Assembly: GCA_017656345.1 (NCBI GenBank) | Contig: JACDNZ010000012.1 | Coordinates: forward strand, 2,223 to 66,222 | Length of the DNA: 64,000 nt | Direction: 5' to 3' | Source: Thermosipho sp. (in: thermotogales) | GTDB taxonomy: Bacteria; Thermotogota; Thermotogae; Thermotogales; Fervidobacteriaceae | Shown: positions 18,744-26,458 of the stretch, one piece after another | Layout of the letters: each line of letters starts with the position of its first letter | How positions within the stretch are numbered: the first letter of the stretch is position 1 | Notes under the pieces: model-generated | What the model was told of the DNA's origin: nothing | The model's input: the letters and a program-made list of their open reading frames with translations, nothing else | Database searches by the model: none | Translations under genes and position numbers: made by a program

Positions 18744-19502
18744 TTGTTTGAAAACATAAAGTTTGATACAAATTTTAAAGTTACCAAAAACATACGAATC
18801 GAAAATATTGTAATTTTTCCCAATACAGACTTAAAAAAAATATACGAAGCACTTACAAAAAAAATCTGTGGCTTTAAAGTTGTTGGTGTTAAACATCACA
18901 AATATCAAGAAATATATTTTCTGGAAAAAGATAACCAGCTCATCAAAATTCAGATTTTTTATAACAAGCATTATACTCCCACTTTTTTAAAGATTGTCTC
19001 ATCAACAAACCAAAAAATAGCACAAGATTTCATTTCACAATTTATAAAAAAACATGGTGATAATAAAATCGTTAAAGCATATGTCGATGGAAGTTTTGAA
19101 CCCCCAGGAAAAATTGGGGCTGGAATAGTTATATTATCCAACAATCATATTGAAAAATATTACAAATTTATAACAAAATATCCTGAACATAGAAATGTAA
19201 CTGGTGAAATTGTTGCAGCATTACTTGCATTTAAATATGCAAAAATGGAAAAAATAAAACAAATCGAAATCTTGTACGATTATGAAGGAATTAAGAAATG
19301 GGCAACTGGTGAATGGAAAACAAAAACTGATATTACCAAAAAATATAAGGAAATGTATAATATGTATTCAAAATACATAGATATAAAATTTTCAAAAATT
19401 AAATCACATTCTGGTAATAAGTATAATGAACTTGCTGACAAACTTGCTAAGGAAGCAGCCAAAAAAATGATAACTAAAGTTAAATATGATATTGAAATTT
19501 AA
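18744..19502 (+). CDS. RNase H type-1 domain protein with an uncharacterised ~115-aa N-terminal domain
   Basis: The C-terminal half carries the RNase HI catalytic pattern: AYVDGSF (Asp), TGEIVAAL (Glu), ILYDYEG (Asp), KSHSGNKYNELADKLA (His/Asp). I moved the start from the track's GTG 18717, which lies inside the terminator hairpin, to TTG 18744, 8 nt after GGAGG. Confidence 0.75.
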   Translation: MFENIKFDTNFKVTKNIRIENIVIFPNTDLKKIYEALTKKICGFKVVGVKHHKYQEIYFLEKDNQLIKIQIFYNKHYTPTFLKIVSSTNQKIAQDFISQFIKKHGDNKIVKAYVDGSFEPPGKIGAGIVILSNNHIEKYYKFITKYPEHRNVTGEIVAALLAFKYAKMEKIKQIEILYDYEGIKKWATGEWKTKTDITKKYKEMYNMYSKYIDIKFSKIKSHSGNKYNELADKLAKEAAKKMITKVKYDIEI

Positions 19503-20581
19503 TTAATTTCCTTTCTTGACCCAAACACAAAAGCCGCGAAAATTGAAACTATTAACCAGACAAATGGAACAAATAAATGATTTTCATATACAGAAAAGCC
19601 AAAAGATTTTCTGAGACCATCAACTATGTAAGTTGAGGGGATGAGTTTTGCTATATCACCAATTATCTTTACATCTTTTACATTAAAATAAAAGCCTCCA
19701 GCGAACATAAATACCTGAAATAAAATGTTTCCCAAAACTACATTTGTTTCAGGATTTTTAACAACAGATGCAAGAAAATACCCCAAAGAAAGAAAAACTG
19801 CCATTCCAAGTGTTACAAAAAATATTGTATTAAAAAAACCGATAAAAACATTAACCTTATAAATTAGCATTTCAAATATAAAGAAAATAGAAAGAGACAA
19901 AAAAATTTGTACAATAGACACCACAGTATAATCCAGATAAAACCTTTTTAAAGAATAAGGTGTACAAGAAAGTCTTTTTAATACTCCTTCTCTTTTAAAA
20001 TAAGAGATTCCGTTAGTATACCCAAAAAATGCAACGGACATAATCATCATTACAATAATCGCCGGGAAAAGATATTCATAATAATTAAATTCAGATATTT
20101 GTTCAAATAATTTTATTTTTACTTCCTTCCATACTCCAATGTTTTCATAAAATTTTACATCAAATGTTGAAAAAATATCCTCAAAAACATCTTTTGCAAT
20201 TTCTGAATCATTTCTCTGAGGTATATAATATATTCTAACCTTTATAGGACGAAATAAGTTAGTTTTTGACAACAACAATGATTTTTGAAAATCCTCATCA
20301 AAATTTTCAGGAAATTCTATTACTACATCTAAATCCTTTTCTCTTAATAACTCTAAATCATTAACCTTAAAAAAACTAAATTGTCCAGTTTTTTCCAATT
20401 CCTTAATCATATTTTCAAACAATTTACTTTCACCCATAATCCCTACATCGAAACTAACATTTGCTTCCATGTTCCCAAAAATGGAAGACAAGATAAAGGT
20501 TAAAAGAATTGGAAAAATTATAAACCAAAACGTTGACTCCTTTGATCTAAAAATTTCCAGTTTTAAAAGGTATTTTACCAT
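19499..20581 (-). CDS. ABC-2-type exporter permease
   Basis: 360 aa. N-terminal TM helix, a large extracytoplasmic loop, then 5 C-terminal TM helices. It follows the ATPase gene after a 2-nt gap. Confidence 0.75.
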   Translation of the reverse strand: MVKYLLKLEIFRSKESTFWFIIFPILLTFILSSIFGNMEANVSFDVGIMGESKLFENMIKELEKTGQFSFFKVNDLELLREKDLDVVIEFPENFDEDFQKSLLLSKTNLFRPIKVRIYYIPQRNDSEIAKDVFEDIFSTFDVKFYENIGVWKEVKIKLFEQISEFNYYEYLFPAIIVMMIMSVAFFGYTNGISYFKREGVLKRLSCTPYSLKRFYLDYTVVSIVQIFLSLSIFFIFEMLIYKVNVFIGFFNTIFFVTLGMAVFLSLGYFLASVVKNPETNVVLGNILFQVFMFAGGFYFNVKDVKIIGDIAKLIPSTYIVDGLRKSFGFSVYENHLFVPFVWLIVSIFAAFVFGSRKEIN

Positions 20582-20583
20582 TA

Positions 20584-21447
20584 CTAATCCCTCAAACCCT
20601 TTCCAGTTAATTTCAAAAAGACATCTTCAAGTGTTGGATGTCTTACAACAAAATTTTCTATTCCCAGATTCATTACTTCCTGAATCGTACTATTAACGTT
20701 CTCTGTCTCAATAATTACTTTATCTTCTACAATTTCACCTAAATTTATTGACTTTGCATTTTTTGGTACTTCAACAATCACCTTTAATCCTGACTGCTTT
20801 ATTAATTCTTCAGGTTTTCCGCTTACGATTATCTCTCCATTATCAATTATACAAACAACATCGGCAAGTCTTTCAGCTTCTTCCATATAATGTGTAGTTA
20901 AGAAAACTGTTTTTCCCTGTTTTTTAAATGTTAAAATTATATCCCAAATATGTCTTCTAGATTGTGGATCAAGACCTGTTGTAGGCTCGTCAAGAAATAT
21001 TAATTCTGGATCATTTATAAATGATAATCCAAGTACAAGCCTTTGATATTGTCCGCCCGATAAATTTTTCACCCTGCTTTTTTCTTTTTCTTGAAGTCCT
21101 ACTATTTCCAAAACATCTTTTGGATCAAGACCTTTTCTATAAAATCCCCTAAATAATTTCAAAGTTTCAATAACCGTAAGTTCTTTAAAAAGTTCCGTTT
21201 TTTGAAGGCATACACCTATTCTTTCCTTTATTTCTGGACCTATCTTTTCAACTTTTCTACCAAAATAGTATATTTCACCTAATGTTTTATATCTTAAACC
21301 TTCCAATATTTCAACAGTAGTAGTTTTACCTGCACCATTTGGCCCTAAAAATGAAAAAATAGTGCCTTCTTCAACCTGGAAGCTTATACCCTTTAATGCC
21401 TGTAATTTTCCATACCTTTTTTCTAAATTTCTCACCTTTAAAATCAA
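20584..21447 (-). CDS. ABC transporter ATP-binding protein (ABC-2/DrrA type)
   Basis: 287 aa. Walker A GPNGAGKTT, signature LSGGQYQR, Walker B LIFLDEPTTGLD, H-loop TTHYM. Confidence 0.9.
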   Translation of the reverse strand: MILKVRNLEKRYGKLQALKGISFQVEEGTIFSFLGPNGAGKTTTVEILEGLRYKTLGEIYYFGRKVEKIGPEIKERIGVCLQKTELFKELTVIETLKLFRGFYRKGLDPKDVLEIVGLQEKEKSRVKNLSGGQYQRLVLGLSFINDPELIFLDEPTTGLDPQSRRHIWDIILTFKKQGKTVFLTTHYMEEAERLADVVCIIDNGEIIVSGKPEELIKQSGLKVIVEVPKNAKSINLGEIVEDKVIIETENVNSTIQEVMNLGIENFVVRHPTLEDVFLKLTGKGLRD

Positions 21448-21455
21448 AATTTCAC

Positions 21456-22457
21456 CTACTCTTCTTTATAAAACAAAATTTTTCCACCATATGAAAGTAA
21501 GAAAATTCCTAACAAACTCATAAAAATTGAATAAATAAAAAAGTTAATTTGCGAAATCTCTTTTATTCCATACGAATATCTAAACATATTAACCATATAT
21601 TTTACTGGAGTAAATAGACTAATAAATTTCAAAAATTTTGGTAAAAAGTCCGTTGGAAAATAAATACCTGAAAAAAATATAAAAATAGTGTACAAAACCT
21701 GGGCTATTGAACTTGCAATTCTCGGAAACAACACACTTAAAATCACACCAAATCCAATCATACCAAGTGTTGAAGAAATAATCGAAATAACAATGTAAAA
21801 TAAATTTTCCTTTATTTCCATTGAAAACAAAAAAATCGAAGTTATTCTTATTAATATTATCGAAACAAACCCTATTAAGAATTGCGAAAATGAGAAAGAA
21901 AACACAAAAGAGGTAGGAGATAAAGGAAGCACCTTAAATCTCTTAATCAAACCACTTTTTCCACGTGTAGAAAATATATTTATAGTACTAAACATTCCTA
22001 TTGACATAATTGATAAAGCAAGTGTCCCTGTAAATATGTACTCAAGTTGCGAAATAGAAGCAATATTAATTGGTTTCTCATCAACTTCCAATATTTTTTT
22101 GCTATTATTTAATTTTCTTTCTAATTCTATTTTTAAACTTTCTATCCAGCTATCAACTGTATAATCATCAAAATTTTTGTATACAATAATTTCATCATCA
22201 GCCACTACTATTGCTATTGCATCAAATTTATTTTTCTCTTTTAAAAGCAATTCTTTATCTCTGTATCGCACGCCCTCAATATTCAGATCAATATCAGAAA
22301 AATATGCAAAGGAAAAATTTGAACCTGATAGATCACTAAATACAAGCCCAAACATTATAAAAAAAATCAGGGGAAGTAATATATTAAAGAAAAATGAAAA
22401 TTTATTTCTAAATGCTTGGAGAAAAAGGGCTCTTGCTAATCCTATAAAATTTCTCAT
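21456..22457 (-). CDS. ABC-2-type exporter permease (second, distinct)
   Basis: 333 aa with the same TM-loop-5TM layout as the other permease. Confidence 0.7.
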   Translation of the reverse strand: MRNFIGLARALFLQAFRNKFSFFFNILLPLIFFIMFGLVFSDLSGSNFSFAYFSDIDLNIEGVRYRDKELLLKEKNKFDAIAIVVADDEIIVYKNFDDYTVDSWIESLKIELERKLNNSKKILEVDEKPINIASISQLEYIFTGTLALSIMSIGMFSTINIFSTRGKSGLIKRFKVLPLSPTSFVFSFSFSQFLIGFVSIILIRITSIFLFSMEIKENLFYIVISIISSTLGMIGFGVILSVLFPRIASSIAQVLYTIFIFFSGIYFPTDFLPKFLKFISLFTPVKYMVNMFRYSYGIKEISQINFFIYSIFMSLLGIFLLSYGGKILFYKEE

Positions 22458-23026
22458 AGTATTTCTCCTAAAAATTTCTCTCTAAATACTCTTTCAAAAA
22501 TACTCGAAGTATATTCGTCAATGTTAACTAACCTGATAACCTTTAAGGAAGTCTCATTATTCTTCAAAAAACTGTGAATCTCTTCTGCAAAAATTTCTGC
22601 ACATAATTGCTTTGGAAAACCAAAAATGCCGCTACTAACCGCAGGAATTGACACAGATTCCAATTTTAATTCAGAAGCTTTGTGCAAAACGTTTTTCACC
22701 GCTTTTCTTAAAAACTCTTTTTCTTTTTTATTACCTCCATGCCACACAGGCCCAACTACATGAATAATGAATTTTGAAGATAAATTCCCTGCACCAGTTA
22801 CTGCTACTTCACCTGTCTTTACTGGACCATACTTTTTCACATATTCATCACTTTCATCTTGAATGATTTTTCCACCAGCCCTAACAATAGCTCCTGCAAC
22901 ACCTCCACCGTGCTTTAAACTTGAATTTGCAGCATTAACTATTGCGTTTGAATTTTCTTTTGTGATATCTCCCTTCACTACTTCAACTATTGTGTTTTTT
23001 ATCTTTATCCTCAACAAAACTCCCAT
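22454..23026 (-). CDS. Macro-domain protein (ADP-ribose / O-acetyl-ADP-ribose hydrolase type)
   Basis: 190 aa. VKGDIT..AIVNAANSSLKHGGGVAGAI...SIPAVSSGIFGFP. The true start may be the TTG 12 nt downstream (GGGAG SD). Confidence 0.85.
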   Translation of the reverse strand: MGVLLRIKIKNTIVEVVKGDITKENSNAIVNAANSSLKHGGGVAGAIVRAGGKIIQDESDEYVKKYGPVKTGEVAVTGAGNLSSKFIIHVVGPVWHGGNKKEKEFLRKAVKNVLHKASELKLESVSIPAVSSGIFGFPKQLCAEIFAEEIHSFLKNNETSLKVIRLVNIDEYTSSIFERVFREKFLGEIL

Positions 23027-24242
23027 AATCTTTTACCCCTTTCCAAAGAGCTTCCAACACCTCTTTGGTTTTCTTTTCTTTACCAATATTCTTTGGTATA
23101 TAAAATATTTTCCCCGAAAGTTCTTTGGGAAGATAACTTTTTCTAACAAATCCTCCATGTGCATGAGGGTAAATATAACCACTATCTGGAATATTTAAAA
23201 GATTCCTAGGTACTTTCACATCCCTCGTTTGTTTCGCTATCTCCATCGCACTATTAATTGCCGAAATTGCTGAATTACTCTTGGGTGCAGTCGAAAGATA
23301 AATCACACATTCTGATAAGTTTAAAATACATTCTGGAAGTCCCACATATTCTACTGCATAGGCTGTTGAAGTCGCAATAACAAGTGCCATTGGATCAGCT
23401 AGACCTATATCTTCACTGGCTAAAATGATTAATCTTCTTGCAATAAATCTAGGATCTTCACCACCATCAAGCATTCTTGCTAAATAATAAAGAGCTGCAT
23501 CAGGATCACTGCCACGAATACTTTTAATAAATGCAGATATTAGGTTATAATGCTGCTTTGAATCATATACATATTTTTCTTCTCCTGAATACAAATCAAG
23601 AATTTCTCTGTCAATTACTCCTTTTCCTTCAGATTTTGCAATTAGACTCAAGACTTCAAATAAATTTATTGCAAACCTTGCATCACCATTTGAAACATCA
23701 GTTATAAATTTTTTTGCATCATCTGTCAAAGAAATTTTTTGATACTCACTAGCTTTTTTTATTAAAACATTTAAATCTTCTTTACTTAATTTTCTAAAAG
23801 CTATTATTCTTACTCTTGAAAGTAAAGCTTCATTTATCATTTTGTAAGGATTTTCTGTAGTTGCCCCGATTAATACATAATCACCTGCTTCAATTCCCGG
23901 CAAAAATACATCCTGCTGTTTCTTATTAAATCTATGTATTTCATCCACAAATATGAGAACTTTTTTAAAATCTTTTACTTTTTTCGCATATTCTAAAATC
24001 TTTTTTATCTCAGATACCGAAGCAAATGCCCCGTTAAAATGATATATTTCATAATCCGTATAAGTCCTTATAAGTTCCAATGTTGAAGTTTTACCACAAC
24101 CCGGTGGACCATAAAAAATCATGGAAAACAAATTTCCATTTTCAATTGCTATTCTTAAAATTGCTCCTTTACCAAGTATGTGATTCTGACCAATTATATC
24201 CTCGAATTTTCTAGGCCTTAAAATTTCGCTTAAACCATTCAA
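22983..24242 (-). CDS. rarA: Replication-associated recombination protein A (AAA+ ATPase RarA/MgsA)
   Basis: 419 aa. LRPRKFEDIIGQ, Walker A GPPGCGKTS, Walker B FVDEIHRFNK, C-terminal MgsA helical domain (ARRL..ASEDIGLADP). Confidence 0.9.
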   Translation of the reverse strand: MNGLSEILRPRKFEDIIGQNHILGKGAILRIAIENGNLFSMIFYGPPGCGKTSTLELIRTYTDYEIYHFNGAFASVSEIKKILEYAKKVKDFKKVLIFVDEIHRFNKKQQDVFLPGIEAGDYVLIGATTENPYKMINEALLSRVRIIAFRKLSKEDLNVLIKKASEYQKISLTDDAKKFITDVSNGDARFAINLFEVLSLIAKSEGKGVIDREILDLYSGEEKYVYDSKQHYNLISAFIKSIRGSDPDAALYYLARMLDGGEDPRFIARRLIILASEDIGLADPMALVIATSTAYAVEYVGLPECILNLSECVIYLSTAPKSNSAISAINSAMEIAKQTRDVKVPRNLLNIPDSGYIYPHAHGGFVRKSYLPKELSGKIFYIPKNIGKEKKTKEVLEALWKGVKDYGSFVEDKDKKHNS

Positions 24243-25143
24243 CTGTCAACCTCAATCCTTTCTCAAGATTCACTCTTGGTTCCCATCTTAACTCTTCTTT
24301 TGCCCTTGTATAACACAAAAGACTTTTCCTTATATCACCTTTTCTTGGAGGACCATAAACAGGTTCCTTATTATAATTGGTTATTTTTTTCAAATATGAA
24401 AATAACTGATTAACAGTTGTTCCCTGTGAGGTTCCAATATTTATTTCTAATCCATCCCCTTTTTTCATCGCGCGTATATTTGCATCAACTACGTCACCAA
24501 CATAAACATAATCTCTAACATACTCACCATCACCATTAATTATAACTTCCTCTCCCTTGAGCATTCTTGAGGTAAAAATTGCAACAACTCCTGCTTCACC
24601 ATACGGATCTTGTCTTGGTCCATAAACATTGGCATAACGTAAAACAACATAATTTAATCCAAATTCTTTTTTCGAAAATTTCAAATAATTTTCAACAGAA
24701 AATTTCGCAATACCATATGGTGATATAGGATTGGGGAACACTGTTTCAGGCGTTGGATAAATTTCAACTTCATCACCATAAATTGCCCCACCAGTTGAAG
24801 AAAAAATGAATTTCTCCACACCAAATTTTAGAGCATTTTTTATTAACACAAGACTTCCGATAATGTTAACGTTTGCATCCTCTACAGGATCTTTTACAGA
24901 AACTGAAACACTTGCTTGAGCAGCCAAATGAAACACATATGAAAATTTATATTCTTTAAAGAGTTTTTCAATACTTTCCTCATCTCCTATATCTGCGACT
25001 ATAAGCGTTGCATTTTCATTAACATTTTCTTTTTTCCCCTTTGATAAATTATCAACCACAACAACCTCATATCCCAAATCTATTAATCTATCGACTAAAT
25101 GTGATCCAATGAATCCAGCTCCTCCTGTTACAAGTACTTTCAT
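24211..25143 (-). CDS. NAD-dependent epimerase/dehydratase (UDP-glucose 4-epimerase-like SDR)
   Basis: 310 aa. VLVTGGAGFIGSH, catalytic YGIAK. The substrate cannot be read from the sequence. Confidence 0.8.
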   Translation of the reverse strand: MKVLVTGGAGFIGSHLVDRLIDLGYEVVVVDNLSKGKKENVNENATLIVADIGDEESIEKLFKEYKFSYVFHLAAQASVSVSVKDPVEDANVNIIGSLVLIKNALKFGVEKFIFSSTGGAIYGDEVEIYPTPETVFPNPISPYGIAKFSVENYLKFSKKEFGLNYVVLRYANVYGPRQDPYGEAGVVAIFTSRMLKGEEVIINGDGEYVRDYVYVGDVVDANIRAMKKGDGLEINIGTSQGTTVNQLFSYLKKITNYNKEPVYGPPRKGDIRKSLLCYTRAKEELRWEPRVNLEKGLRLTVEWFKRNFKA

Positions 25144-25646
25144 TAATCATCCTCCTTTAATCTTATTTTCAATCTTAATGCTTCTTTGGGTATATTTTTT
25201 ACTCCAAGCTTTTCACGTTGTTCTTTTAAAAAATTTATTAGTTTTTCTGTTTTTGTTTCATCAAAATCAATCATAAGCGCATAAAATCTCCTAAGTTGCT
25301 TTCTAGTACCGCTATCAAGACCATAAATCATTAACTCTGCAATTTGCTGAGCTCTTTGTTCTGGAAATCCAATTACATACATAAAAAAGTACTTTACCCT
25401 TAATTCTCCATTATATATGGTTATTGCTAGCCTTTTTCCTTTCCTTGTGAGTTTAATAAATCCATATCTTTCATGCTCAACATACCCAAGGTCCACAAGT
25501 TTTTTTACTGATGTAGTTACACTGGGGTAACTAACATTCTTAATTCTTGCAACTTCAGAAACTCTGGCTACACCATTTTCCTTCGAAAGCTTATAAATTG
25601 TCACCAAGTAATTTTCAAGGGCAGGTGTTAACTTTTTTTCAGCCAT
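25143..25646 (-). CDS. DtxR/MntR-family transcriptional regulator (metal ligands apparently missing)
   Basis: 167 aa. The N-terminal HTH (ALENYLVTIYKL..ARVSEVA..VSYPSVTTSVKKL) aligns to MntR/DtxR. Confidence 0.7.
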   Translation of the reverse strand: MAEKKLTPALENYLVTIYKLSKENGVARVSEVARIKNVSYPSVTTSVKKLVDLGYVEHERYGFIKLTRKGKRLAITIYNGELRVKYFFMYVIGFPEQRAQQIAELMIYGLDSGTRKQLRRFYALMIDFDETKTEKLINFLKEQREKLGVKNIPKEALRLKIRLKEDD

Positions 25647-26241
25647 TTACTTTCCTCTCCTTTAAAAATTGATCATAATACTTTTTAACTCTTTTTATAT
25701 CTTGCCATGTCAGGTCTTTTGGTGAGCCTTTAGCTTTGGAAGGATTTCTTAAAAGGTAGCTAGGGTGAAACATTGGAAAAACAATTACTCCACCTTTCCA
25801 TTCAAATTCATTACCACGAACTTTTGTAATAGGAAAATTTCCACCCGCAAAAAAATCCAAAGCAGCTTTTCCTAAAGTTACTATCATTTTGGGGTTTATA
25901 ATCTCAATTTGAGCAAGCAAAAAATGTGAACAGGTTTTTGCTTCTTCTTTAGTTGGCGTTCTATTGTTTGGAGGTCTGCATTTAACAATGTTAGTTATAT
26001 AAACATCCTCTCTTTTGATATTCACAGATTCTAATATTTTAGTCAAGAGTTGTCCAGCCCTTCCAACAAAAGGCCTACCTGTCAAATCTTCTTCTTCGCC
26101 AGGCCCTTCACCAACAAACACAATAGGAGAATCTAAACTTCCTTCACCCGGTACAACATTTGTTCTATTCTCCCACAAAGGACAGGATTTGCAGTTTTTA
26201 ATTCTTTCAATAACAATATCCATTAATTCTTTTTTGTCCAT
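25639..26241 (-). CDS. Family 4 uracil-DNA glycosylase (Fe-S type)
   Basis: CKSCPLWE...GEGPGEEEDLTGRPFVGRAGQLL...CRPPNNR...HPS. I moved the start to ATG 26241 (GGGGGT SD) from the track's 26283. Confidence 0.85.
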   Translation of the reverse strand: MDKKELMDIVIERIKNCKSCPLWENRTNVVPGEGSLDSPIVFVGEGPGEEEDLTGRPFVGRAGQLLTKILESVNIKREDVYITNIVKCRPPNNRTPTKEEAKTCSHFLLAQIEIINPKMIVTLGKAALDFFAGGNFPITKVRGNEFEWKGGVIVFPMFHPSYLLRNPSKAKGSPKDLTWQDIKRVKKYYDQFLKERKVNG

Positions 26242-26458
26242 ATTATACCCCCAAATATTAATATCAATTAACTTTGTTAGCATTAAAATTATAACATAAT
26301 CAAATCAATAATTTAAAACCTATAATAATTTTTTATACTAAAACTGTAGTTTTTGTTACAAAATAGAAAAATACAATTATCAATAATTAACCGAGAATGA
26401 TACCTTAGTATGTTAAAATAATTACAGTCTTAATACAAAATCAAGGAGGTGTGACAAA

